Positions 19,133-28,444 of a stretch of 64,000 nucleotides of DNA are shown here, in pieces. The stretch spans positions 32,001-96,000 of the forward strand of contig JBEGVH010000009.1 of the NCBI GenBank assembly GCA_041178425.1, given 5' to 3'. Positions within the stretch are counted from its first letter, which is position 1, and each line of letters starts with the position of its first letter. This stretch comes from Pseudomonadota bacterium (lineage in GTDB: Bacteria > Bdellovibrionota > Bdellovibrionia > Bdellovibrionales > Bdellovibrionaceae). The position numbers and the translations under genes were made by a program. The notes beneath the pieces were generated by a model. The model searched no databases. It saw only the letters and a program-made list of their open reading frames with translations, and was not told the DNA's origin.

Positions 19133-19981
19133 ATGCATAGAAAAAGACCGCCATCCAAACCCCAAGGCCTCATATACAAACCCAATTACGTGACTCGCGC
19201 ACACAAGCAAGAGTTACTAAAGTGGTTTTCTGAGTTGCATCCGATTTGGGAGAATCGCTATTCCGAAAGTAACCCTCCACCAGAGGGTACTGAGCAACGA
19301 CGCCTGCTCCGCCCAGTCTACTGGCTCGGAAACTGGCAATTCGCCTGCTTGAACTATTTTCATCCACCTAAAAATATTTATAATTGCTGTGTAGAGGCCG
19401 AGCCATTTCCTCCCGTACTACAGAGACTAGCAAATCAAATCGAAGAGGAAGTTCATTCTTTTTATCCCGATCGCGACATTCCCACCGGCTGGCACTTTAA
19501 CACGTGTTTAATTAATTTTTACGGACAATCCATCGATGCCAACAACAAAACCACCGACACCGCTCGTGTTGGTGAGCATAAGGATTTTGAACCCGGCCCA
19601 GTCGGCTCAGTGTCCTTTGGCGAACGTGCCCTTTTTCAATTTGTCGATTCAAATAATCGAGGCGCTCAGAGTGAAGTCGTTTTACAACAATGGCTCGATG
19701 ATTCTAGTTTACAAGTTTTTGGTGGTGATCGATTTAAGCGAAAGCTCTTTCACCGCGTACAACGGGTCGACCATAAAACGGGAGTTTTTCTAGAACCAAA
19801 AATAGATGGCTTCCAAACCCGTCGCATCAATCTCACATTTCGCTATGTTCCAAACGAGTTTATCGTTCCATACGAGAAGCTTCCCGAAAATTTACAGAGA
19901 GACATTCTCCCCTACGTAAAGGAACTCAGTCTACACGCCTCTTTTTTTAAGGAAGTTTTAGAACAGTATCAAGGTCAGTAG
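19133..19981 (+). CDS. AlkB-like 2OG-Fe(II) dioxygenase
   Basis: FNTCLINFY, GEHKD (HxD), SVSFG, FHRV, RRINLTFR motifs. Confidence 0.8.
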   Translation: MHRKRPPSKPQGLIYKPNYVTRAHKQELLKWFSELHPIWENRYSESNPPPEGTEQRRLLRPVYWLGNWQFACLNYFHPPKNIYNCCVEAEPFPPVLQRLANQIEEEVHSFYPDRDIPTGWHFNTCLINFYGQSIDANNKTTDTARVGEHKDFEPGPVGSVSFGERALFQFVDSNNRGAQSEVVLQQWLDDSSLQVFGGDRFKRKLFHRVQRVDHKTGVFLEPKIDGFQTRRINLTFRYVPNEFIVPYEKLPENLQRDILPYVKELSLHASFFKEVLEQYQGQ

Positions 19982-20044
19982 TTGACAGATGCTCAAGAGA
20001 AACATGGAATAGTCCCTGTGAACAAACCACAAGAGGAGATTTTC

Positions 20045-20605
20045 ATGAAACTAATCATTGCTAGTTTATTTATTGCACTCTCTGCCAATGCTGCAGAATC
20101 AACAATCACGTCCGCTCCATCAACACCAAAGCAAGCATGTGAACTGCTTGCTAAGGCCGCGACTGAAGATAACTTTAAGGCTTTTACTGATCTCACGGCT
20201 ATGCACACTTGCCCCATGCACCATAGCAAAAAAGATTGCACCGATGCGAACTGCCCTATGCACCACGATAAAAAAGATTGCACCGACAAAAACTGCCCTA
20301 TGCATAAAAAAGGCAAAGACTATAAGCACGCCGGCACATGCCCTCACCATGGCCATGGAAAAGGATCTGAAGAAGGTTTCCATAAAATGCATGAGAAAGA
20401 GATCGAGCGTTTAAAAGACCTCACTTGTAAAGAAGAAAAGATCGTTGGTGATCACGCATGGGTTGAGGCAGTCAGCAAAAACGAAAGCCGTCTAGTGCCT
20501 TTCAAAATGCAAGATGGTTCTTGGAAATTTGACATGCACACGTACCATTCTTTTTATCCTCACGCAAAAATGACCGAGACTGAAAAAACAGACAAAAAGA
20601 AATAG
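20045..20605 (+). CDS. Secreted His/Cys-rich putative metal-binding protein
   Basis: RBS GAGGAG, signal peptide, tandem CPMHHxKKDCTDxN repeats. Confidence 0.65.
   Translation: MKLIIASLFIALSANAAESTITSAPSTPKQACELLAKAATEDNFKAFTDLTAMHTCPMHHSKKDCTDANCPMHHDKKDCTDKNCPMHKKGKDYKHAGTCPHHGHGKGSEEGFHKMHEKEIERLKDLTCKEEKIVGDHAWVEAVSKNESRLVPFKMQDGSWKFDMHTYHSFYPHAKMTETEKTDKKK
20210..20305 (+). repeat. 42-bp intragenic tandem repeat (~2.3 copies)
   Basis: TGCCCYATGCAY starts at 20210, 20252, 20294; AAAAAAGATTGCACCGA repeated. Confidence 0.8.
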
Positions 20606-20614
20606 TTCTAATAT

Positions 20615-20654
20615 AAAAAGCCCCTCTCAAGTTCTGAGAGGGGCTTTTTTTTTT
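20615..20654. terminator. Bidirectional intrinsic terminator
   Basis: AAAAAGCCCCTCTCA-agttc-TGAGAGGGGCTTTTTTTTTT between convergent genes. Confidence 0.85.
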
Positions 20655-22692
20655 ACCAAATCACTACCCGTTCTTTTTCAGGAAGAAACATTTTATCTCC
20701 CTTTTTACATTGAAACGCTTCAACGAAGCCCGGCTGATGCTTGATAGGCTCATTGATTCGAGCCCATCCGGCCGAATGAGGATCCGTTTTTAATAATTTT
20801 TCCGCCATCTGTGGACGAATCACCCCACACCATAGGCGAGCATAGCTCACAAAAAATTTCTGCTTATCTTCCTTAGTCCCAACTCCATTGGGAAAGGCCG
20901 CCTGGTAGGCAAATGTTACACCAACAAGATCGGCCACGTTTTCGCCTAAAGTGAGTTTTCCGTTGTGTCCGATCTTAGCATATTGATCTACCAACTTCGT
21001 CGAGCGGCCCGAGAACTCACCGAGATCTTTCATCGTCATCCACTGTCGCAAGCGCCCCTTTTGATCATAGCGGGAGCCCATATCATCTATTCCATGGCCA
21101 AGCTCGTGACCGACAACTGCACCAACCGATCCAAGGTTTTCAATCTCACTTCCCTCGGCATCAAAAAAGGGAAACTGCAATATTCCCAAGGGCATCACAA
21201 ATTTATTCGCCGAAGGATCATAATAAGCATTGATCGTGAGAGGCCCCATATACCACTTGTCGCTATTCACCGGCTCGGCAATCGCCTTAATCATTTTTTT
21301 GTATTCAGCGGCGCCCAGCAACTCACCATTCTTAATGCGATTGTTCGCGCTGTATTTCACCACGGGATGAAAATCCCACTCTCTTTCGTTGAGGGGTTTT
21401 ACTAATTGCAGACGAGCTACCGACATTTTTTCTTTGGCTTCTTTTTTAGCTTCTATGCTCAACCATTTATTGCCTTCAACTCCGGCAACAATCGCTTGAC
21501 GGATTTTTTCTACCACCGTGCGGAATTTATCCTCGGGAAACTTAGGAAAAAGTCGCGGCATAAGAATTTCATCTAATTCTTTAGCAAAAGTTCCCATGAT
21601 CTCCATGGTACAGCGTTCTTCACGGACTGGTCGTTTTTCGGGCCCACCGAAAAACTTCCGGCGAAACTCAAACCCTTTTTGAAAAAAATCGGGGTACGCA
21701 TCATCCATAACCGAAGACCCCTCGGTGTAAAAAAAGTAATCTTTCAGTGAGGCTAATTTCTCTTCAACAAGATTTTCTTGATAAAACTTCATTGCTTCAG
21801 GAATCAAAAGACGAACTTTAGTTGTCGATGGCACTTGCTTAAATAGTGGCGCAAAGCCAACAGCAGGATAGTTTTTTAAAAAATCATCTTGAGTGACTTC
21901 TCGCTGTTCACTCCAACGCTGTCGTCGTACTTCGGGCTTGGGGTAAACCTTGATAAACTCTTTCTCAAGCGCAATAATGGCATCGGCCTTCTTCTCAGCT
22001 TCACTCGTTTCAGTTTTAACGTTCACAGTTTTGAAAAAATCAACAATGTGTTCGCGATAAGCTTTCATAAGTTCTGCATTTTCATAGTAACTATGATCCG
22101 GCAGATTCATGAATTTGATCCCTACATAAAGGTCATAAATAGTAGGGTCACCAGCGTTTTCAGCCTCGCCCACCTCGATAAGACTATCAATACCTTTCGC
22201 AAGATTACCAACCTGTGCATCCCTAAATTGGTCTACCGTTTTTAGAGATTTAATTTGTTTCGTTAACTCTCCGATTTTAGATTTCTCTGCTTTAGCCCCA
22301 CCTTTATCGTCCATGCAGGCCAAATAGTTATTTTTAAGCCCCTGGCCCCTAGCGGATAGCTTTTTTTCCTGCTTAATCTCTCTTAGAAACTTTCTTTTAT
22401 CGAGCAACAGACGCTCGGCCGAATCATTGAAGGCAAACGTGTGCTTACTTCGATCATCGCGCAGCTTAAAAGAACTCTCAACTTTCGAACAAACATAGTC
22501 ATGGAAATTTTCACAAGGATTCACACTGTCACTCAGTGGAAATTCTCTGCGTGTTGGAATATCACTCGACGATGGAGCTGATTGAACTGCCCCCTCTGTT
22601 CGTTTCTGTTCTACTGTTGATGATGGTGCAGAGCTCTGTGCGATTGCGATCATCGAAACTGAGGCTAAACCTATAATTGCTGTCCACTTCAT
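20653..22692 (-). CDS. M13 family (neprilysin/PepO) zinc metallopeptidase, secreted
   Basis: VNPCENFHDYVC, INAYY, GHELGH (HEXXH), GENVAD, DPHS motifs; signal peptide. Confidence 0.9.
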   Translation of the reverse strand: MKWTAIIGLASVSMIAIAQSSAPSSTVEQKRTEGAVQSAPSSSDIPTRREFPLSDSVNPCENFHDYVCSKVESSFKLRDDRSKHTFAFNDSAERLLLDKRKFLREIKQEKKLSARGQGLKNNYLACMDDKGGAKAEKSKIGELTKQIKSLKTVDQFRDAQVGNLAKGIDSLIEVGEAENAGDPTIYDLYVGIKFMNLPDHSYYENAELMKAYREHIVDFFKTVNVKTETSEAEKKADAIIALEKEFIKVYPKPEVRRQRWSEQREVTQDDFLKNYPAVGFAPLFKQVPSTTKVRLLIPEAMKFYQENLVEEKLASLKDYFFYTEGSSVMDDAYPDFFQKGFEFRRKFFGGPEKRPVREERCTMEIMGTFAKELDEILMPRLFPKFPEDKFRTVVEKIRQAIVAGVEGNKWLSIEAKKEAKEKMSVARLQLVKPLNEREWDFHPVVKYSANNRIKNGELLGAAEYKKMIKAIAEPVNSDKWYMGPLTINAYYDPSANKFVMPLGILQFPFFDAEGSEIENLGSVGAVVGHELGHGIDDMGSRYDQKGRLRQWMTMKDLGEFSGRSTKLVDQYAKIGHNGKLTLGENVADLVGVTFAYQAAFPNGVGTKEDKQKFFVSYARLWCGVIRPQMAEKLLKTDPHSAGWARINEPIKHQPGFVEAFQCKKGDKMFLPEKERVVIW

Positions 22693-22722
22693 TAATACCC
22701 CCTATTCGCAAGGTAGGTTATT

Positions 22723-24087
22723 TTAGAAGGGCATTCTTGTCATCAGGAACTTCATGTCATCATTCGTAAATGACAAACCTGCACCAATATAGTTCGAGTA
22801 TCCATTGTTTTTATTGAGAGCATCAAAGATACCCCCTGTCACATAGACCCCTTTGGCCACATGGTATGTTAAAGAGGTTCTCAGATTCATCTGAGTGAAT
22901 TGAAAGGCTTCGGTCGTAAACTGCAAACGATTTCGGAAAAATCGATAATCAAGTCCGACGCCCCCTGAGTTTTCGATAATCCCACCACGAACTGTAAAAT
23001 CATAAAAGTTTTTGGCAAAGAGAAGCGTCAACTTCATACGATCATAATTGGTTCGCCGTTCGTCAACCGTTAGATCACTTCCAGGATTCGAGGTGGATTG
23101 TGTTTTGGTACGAGAAACAACGCCAGTTGGATCATCAATGACCTGAATAAAATAGTAACGATCAAGCCCAGGTTGAACTTTTAAGCCAATATACGATTTC
23201 CACATTTGCTGACCAGCCAAATATTCGCTGCGAAAATCAACGGAGGTCTGAAGTTTACCCGCCACATCGAGCATATTGTTAATGCCCTCAACGGCTGAGT
23301 TGATTTCTTCGATTGTCTTATCGTCATTGATCAGTTTACCTAAAGTTCCCTGACCACTATTGATTTTATTTGTCACATCTTCGATATTTCTAAGAGCAAG
23401 ATCGAGTCGCGCCCAAGTTCTCTTTACGCCAGAATCGGCATTATTTAGTGTAGAATCTAAGGTTCTTGTGATCGAGTGCACTTCGGCAAGAATATCTGTA
23501 ACACGATTACGATTCTCATGGGTAATATTAGCTAGATCACCCGTAATTTTATCGATATTCTGAACGATACGACCTAATACGTGTTTATCGCTCCCCTCAT
23601 CCTGCACCGCCTCTTTAAGAGTAACAGCGACCATTTTGAGCGAAGTACCAATATCGGAAATCTGGCTCAACAAGCCATCCATCGATGCTTTGTCGTTAAC
23701 ATTAAGAATCTGCTCTCCGCTCGGCAACGCCGGATCTTCTGGAGACCCTGGTGAAATTTCGACGTACTTATCACCAAGAATGCCGTTAGCCTTAATTTCA
23801 ACGCGGGCCGATTGACGCAAATCAACTTCGTCGCGAACAATAATATCAATGCGTGCAATTCCTTGCGACAGTCGGATGTCTTTAATCACACCAATAGGGA
23901 TACCCGCCATCTTAATGGCGCTTTTTTTCACAAGCCCACTGGCATTAGGAGACAAAAACCAATATTTTTTCGCACCGCCAACGGTTGGATCTTCGCTCAC
24001 GCGCATCGACATCACCGCAATGAGTGCGGCAACGATAAGCACAAGCAGACCAACTTTAAATTCTGGCATCTGCGAGAGAGGTTTCAT
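22723..24087 (-). CDS. mlaD: MCE/MlaD family protein with long helical region and C-terminal beta-rich domain
   Basis: EFKVG TM, ASGLVKKSAIKMAGIPIGVI, GILGDKYVEISPG MCE motifs; GQGTLGKLIND. Confidence 0.85.
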   Translation of the reverse strand: MKPLSQMPEFKVGLLVLIVAALIAVMSMRVSEDPTVGGAKKYWFLSPNASGLVKKSAIKMAGIPIGVIKDIRLSQGIARIDIIVRDEVDLRQSARVEIKANGILGDKYVEISPGSPEDPALPSGEQILNVNDKASMDGLLSQISDIGTSLKMVAVTLKEAVQDEGSDKHVLGRIVQNIDKITGDLANITHENRNRVTDILAEVHSITRTLDSTLNNADSGVKRTWARLDLALRNIEDVTNKINSGQGTLGKLINDDKTIEEINSAVEGINNMLDVAGKLQTSVDFRSEYLAGQQMWKSYIGLKVQPGLDRYYFIQVIDDPTGVVSRTKTQSTSNPGSDLTVDERRTNYDRMKLTLLFAKNFYDFTVRGGIIENSGGVGLDYRFFRNRLQFTTEAFQFTQMNLRTSLTYHVAKGVYVTGGIFDALNKNNGYSNYIGAGLSFTNDDMKFLMTRMPF

Positions 24088-24860
24088 CCGTGTTTCATCC
24101 CTTTACTAACAAACTTTTTTACTAACTCTATATCGGTCTTAAGAAATTCTTCTGGAGTCCCGAATAACACACAACGTCCACTATCTAACATAGCGATATA
24201 GTCTCCAATTCTGAAGGCTGCACCCAAGTCGTGGGAAACAACCACTGACGTCATTCCTTTGCGACTTTTATGAGTGTCATAGATGAGATTATCCACCATC
24301 TCAGTCAAAATTGGATCAAGACCTGTCGTTGGTTCGTCATAAAACATTATTTCTGGATCGAGGGCCAGCGCACGGGCCAGTCCGGTTCGCTTCTGCATAC
24401 CACCACTGATTTGGTTAGGAAGCTTGTGAAAGTGTTTGGGATCAAGACCCACAAGATGCAATTTTTGTTTAGCGACTGAAATGATGGTGTCTTCACCATA
24501 CTCTCGCCGATGCTCCCAGAGCGGAAAACAAACATTTTCAAGAACCGTCATATCGTCAAAAAGAGCAGCGCCTTGAAATAAAACTCCAAAACGGCAACGG
24601 ATTCGAACGAGATCATCAACACTCATGCGGGTGATCTCTTCACCAAGAATTTTTAAAGACCCACTCGTGGGCCGATGCAAGCCGAGCATATGTTTAACGA
24701 GGACACTTTTACCCGTTCCCGAGTAGCCGATGATGACCGTCAGACTCCCCTTGGGAATATTGAGATTCATTCCGTTAACAACGAATTCTTTTCCATCGAA
24801 GGTTTTCTTCAGGTCAGTAATTTCGATGGCGTTTTCGTTCATTAAACTTTCAGGACTCAT
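24084..24860 (-). CDS. mlaF: MlaF-type ABC ATPase
   Basis: GYSGTGKS Walker A, LFQGAALFD, ISGGMQKR, YDEPTTGLDP. Confidence 0.9.
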   Translation of the reverse strand: MSPESLMNENAIEITDLKKTFDGKEFVVNGMNLNIPKGSLTVIIGYSGTGKSVLVKHMLGLHRPTSGSLKILGEEITRMSVDDLVRIRCRFGVLFQGAALFDDMTVLENVCFPLWEHRREYGEDTIISVAKQKLHLVGLDPKHFHKLPNQISGGMQKRTGLARALALDPEIMFYDEPTTGLDPILTEMVDNLIYDTHKSRKGMTSVVVSHDLGAAFRIGDYIAMLDSGRCVLFGTPEEFLKTDIELVKKFVSKGMKHG

Positions 24861-25681
24861 GTTTGTATCCCCGAGAGTCCGTAGTAAATACGAATTACGT
24901 TCGTTAAAAAATAATCCAAAATAATAATCATCACCATACTCTGAACAACACCCTGATTGGTTGCTTCACCAACTCCCTTGGCACCACCTGAAGTAAAAAA
25001 ACCTCGGTAACTACAAATGACGGCAAAAACCAAACCAAACACCGTTGATTTAAAAAGCCCCTCATTTATATGACGGGGATCGAGCATAAAAGCAATTTTT
25101 TCCCAAAAAATGGCTTCATCAAGATCAAGCAATCCAACACAAAGGATGTAGGTTCCAACCATGGCTACAAAATCAAATACGGCTGTCAAAAGTGGCATAC
25201 AAAAAACGGCTGCGTAAATTCGAGGAGCAATGAGGTATTGTCGAGTATTGATGCCCATCACATCGAGAGCGTCGATCTGTTCACTCACACGCATGGTGCC
25301 GAGGCGGGCTGCCATGGCACCACCCGCTCTGGCGGCAACAATCAAACCAGTTAAGACAGGCCCCAGCTCACGAGTGATACCAAGTGCCACCGTTGGACCA
25401 ACCATATTCACAGCATTGAAAAGCTTAAAACCAAGATAAATTTGAAACGAGAGTGCAAGCCCCGTAAAAAGACCGGTCAAAGTGATAATAAACACTGATT
25501 GATTACCAATGAATTCCATGTGGCGCATGAGTTCGTTGACTCGATAAGGACGCTGAACAGAAACTCTCATGGTACGATAGAAAAAGATGCCGATTTGGCC
25601 AACTTCTTTTACCAATCCCATAATCGGGTTCCACAAACCCAAGGCAACGCTGTCAATCCAGTCAGCTATCCTCTGTACCAC
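24857..25681 (-). CDS. mlaE: MlaE-type ABC permease
   Basis: RELGPVLTGLIVAARAG, GTMRVSEQIDAL, GGAKGVGEAT. Confidence 0.9.
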   Translation of the reverse strand: MVQRIADWIDSVALGLWNPIMGLVKEVGQIGIFFYRTMRVSVQRPYRVNELMRHMEFIGNQSVFIITLTGLFTGLALSFQIYLGFKLFNAVNMVGPTVALGITRELGPVLTGLIVAARAGGAMAARLGTMRVSEQIDALDVMGINTRQYLIAPRIYAAVFCMPLLTAVFDFVAMVGTYILCVGLLDLDEAIFWEKIAFMLDPRHINEGLFKSTVFGLVFAVICSYRGFFTSGGAKGVGEATNQGVVQSMVMIIILDYFLTNVIRIYYGLSGIQT

Positions 25682-25697
25682 CGGGTACCAATCCCTT

Positions 25698-26789
25698 TCA
25701 GCTGAGCACCATCCTTGGCACTCTCGATGTCAGTGCTGTCATTAGCTCATAGGTGATCGAACCTGCTGCCCTGGCAATCTGCTCGAGGGGAATATTGTTT
25801 CCCCACAATTCAACGTCATCGCCCTGGTCAGCACCTTCGACATCTGTGACATCTATCATAAGATAATCCATACAGACAGTTCCGACCAGCGGAACAACCT
25901 TACCTCTGACGAAAACCTGACCTTTGTTCGATAGTATACGGGGATAACCATCGGCATAACCAATAGGTAAAATGGCAATTTTAGAATCTCGCTGGGCCGT
26001 CCATGTGGCGTTGTAAGAGACCGTCCCACCCTTCTTTACATCGATGAGGTGAACAATTTTTGTTTTGAGTGTCATAACTGGCTTTAGTTTTTTTGTCGCA
26101 TCAGACACGACACCCGAGTACCCATACAACGAAAGCCCAGGTCGCGATCCGTAGGTAAACGGCAAGCGACCGCTCATTTGGTTTGCAAAAAATCCATCAG
26201 AATTAAAAATGTGTTTTTCTTGAACCTCTGGAAAATGCGACTCTATTCGCAAAAATTTTTGAATTTGCGACTCACTAAACCCATTTGAACTTCCGAGGTC
26301 ATCACCCTTGAGCAAGTGGGTACCTAAGGCCTGAATCCGCAATTGCGGAAAACGCCGAAGAGTTTCTTTCAACCATGTCACATCCGCTTCAGCGAAACCG
26401 AGGCGATTCATTCCCGTATCCCACTTAACGTGAATCTCCCCGGAAAATCCTTTTTGCCCTAGATTAAGCAAAAATTGTTTATCACTCGCCATTGGAATAA
26501 TACCAAGACTTTGGGCGATTGGTACATCTGAGGTAGAAAAAGGACCAAGCACGAGAATTGGGTCCTTATAACCAATCCGTCGGAGTTCTTCAGCCTCCTC
26601 GAGGAGAGCGACCGCCACTCGCTTCGCACCCATTTTTTGCAACTCTTGGGCAAAAGCAGCGACGCCATGCCCGTAAGCATTGGCTTTAATCACCGGAGTC
26701 AAAGAAGAACTTTTTTGGATGCCGCTCAAGACGGACCAATTATTGGCGAGAGCCTTCAAATCAATTTCTGCCACTGTAGGACGAGGCAC
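25698..26789 (-). CDS. alr: Alanine racemase
   Basis: VIKANAYGHG PLP lysine, DTGMNRLG, IGYADG, GTVCMD. Confidence 0.95.
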   Translation of the reverse strand: MPRPTVAEIDLKALANNWSVLSGIQKSSSLTPVIKANAYGHGVAAFAQELQKMGAKRVAVALLEEAEELRRIGYKDPILVLGPFSTSDVPIAQSLGIIPMASDKQFLLNLGQKGFSGEIHVKWDTGMNRLGFAEADVTWLKETLRRFPQLRIQALGTHLLKGDDLGSSNGFSESQIQKFLRIESHFPEVQEKHIFNSDGFFANQMSGRLPFTYGSRPGLSLYGYSGVVSDATKKLKPVMTLKTKIVHLIDVKKGGTVSYNATWTAQRDSKIAILPIGYADGYPRILSNKGQVFVRGKVVPLVGTVCMDYLMIDVTDVEGADQGDDVELWGNNIPLEQIARAAGSITYELMTALTSRVPRMVLS

Positions 26790-26794
26790 TTTAC

Positions 26795-28444
26795 TTACCC
26801 TTTACTATCGAATTCTAAAGATGGCGCAAACTTTACAACTTTAGTTTGACGAACCACGCGGGCAACCCCCACTCGATTCCCACCCTGACCCATGACTGTG
26901 GTCAAAGCCTGAAGCGATCCCTTCAATAGAGACTCTGGCGACGTCGCTAACTGAGGGTAAGCACTCACTCCAATGCTCACGGTAATGGCACCAGAGACTG
27001 GGGGAATGTCTACGCTCTCGAAAGCTTGCCGAATTCGTTCTGCCAAAATTGTAGCTTCTTGTGGCTTGAGATTGTTCGCAAGTAAAGTAAATTCGTTGAG
27101 CGCCGTACGATAAAAACCATCGCCAGATCGCGTAAATTTCTTGCCCGTCACAGCGAGAGCACGAATCACACTATTCACCGCCGTAGGACCGTATTTTTCT
27201 TCGATGTAATGAAGACGATCAATACTAATTCTCAAAATCGCCAAACCCATTTGGTTTCTTTGCAAGTGATCGATCCGATCATTCAGCACTTCGTGAAAAT
27301 CTTCGAAGGAATGGATGTGCTCCAAAACACCTTCGAGTTCTAGCTCCATTTGCTTTTTCAAAAAGGTGAATCGCTCGAAACTGACACGAAAGAGAGCAAA
27401 GCGGTTATTAAAATGGATGGTGTTAAACGGGTCTAAGGTATCGCCAAAAAAGACAAAAAGGCCATCCACGTCTTCTCGAACCATCAGAGGTTTCACATAA
27501 CAATCTTCAACCTTAAAAACATCTTGGAGTAGCTTGTTCAAACTACCGAAACCCCGTGGGGAGACCAGCAAATTCTGAGCCTCTAAAATTTCTTGGCTCG
27601 ACAAACGCACACCCGCCCCTTTTATAAGTTCTACGGGAATGCCACAACCATGGGTCGCAACTAACAGCTGAACCGGCTCTAAATACTTAAAGTAAAGAAC
27701 CTTGGCACCTTGTGAGCAATAATCTTCTAAGGAATGAAAGAAGACTTGTAACAGATCTTCTCGGTTTCGCGTATTTTCATACAACGTAAGTAAATTAGCG
27801 ATATCATCTTCAGCAGTGGACGTTGCTGGGGTGGGATTCGCGGTCTCCTCACCAGACAACAAAAAGATTGAATCACTCTCTTGTTCTTGCTTTTTAATGG
27901 CTTCAGACTCAACAAAGCCTTCGAGCATTGCTGCTGATCGCGCATCAATGAGCGGTTGATTCTCTTCAACTTCTCGAACTCGTGCCCTTAAAAGATCCGT
28001 TTGTTTTTTAAGTTCCTCAGAGTCTTGAACCAAATTTTTATTGAACAGTTTTAAAACCACTCGTTCAAGCGCATTATCAATAGACCACTCCACAAGACCA
28101 ACAAGGTGATCTTCTTGAGAGAGGTAATCAAGAACGCCGTAATCTCGATATTCACCAAACTTGTAACGAGAGAACGCCGAACCGATTAAAATAAAATGGG
28201 TTTGATTGGCAATTTCGAGGCATTCTGCCAAAAAATCATCAATCGCCCCAACAACCAGAGAAAGATCTACGATCACCAAGTGACTTGGACTTTTCTTAAA
28301 CTCCTCAAAAAATCGATCGGTGTTGGTCGAATGAAAAAGGCTGTGCCCTTTTTCCCGAAGATGAACCTTGATTTCTTGATAATCTTCTGAAAAAGGAACC
28401 AAAAAGTGCAAATCAAACTGTGATCGGTACTGGGTTAAATCCAC
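26795..28444 (-). CDS. Degenerate GGDEF-domain protein with N-terminal REC-like domain (CdgA-like c-di-GMP effector)
   Basis: SIDRLHYIEEKYG, RSGD (RxxD I-site) followed by ALNEF in place of GGDEF, ITVSIGVS, GGNRV. Confidence 0.7.
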   Translation of the reverse strand: MDLTQYRSQFDLHFLVPFSEDYQEIKVHLREKGHSLFHSTNTDRFFEEFKKSPSHLVIVDLSLVVGAIDDFLAECLEIANQTHFILIGSAFSRYKFGEYRDYGVLDYLSQEDHLVGLVEWSIDNALERVVLKLFNKNLVQDSEELKKQTDLLRARVREVEENQPLIDARSAAMLEGFVESEAIKKQEQESDSIFLLSGEETANPTPATSTAEDDIANLLTLYENTRNREDLLQVFFHSLEDYCSQGAKVLYFKYLEPVQLLVATHGCGIPVELIKGAGVRLSSQEILEAQNLLVSPRGFGSLNKLLQDVFKVEDCYVKPLMVREDVDGLFVFFGDTLDPFNTIHFNNRFALFRVSFERFTFLKKQMELELEGVLEHIHSFEDFHEVLNDRIDHLQRNQMGLAILRISIDRLHYIEEKYGPTAVNSVIRALAVTGKKFTRSGDGFYRTALNEFTLLANNLKPQEATILAERIRQAFESVDIPPVSGAITVSIGVSAYPQLATSPESLLKGSLQALTTVMGQGGNRVGVARVVRQTKVVKFAPSLEFDSKG

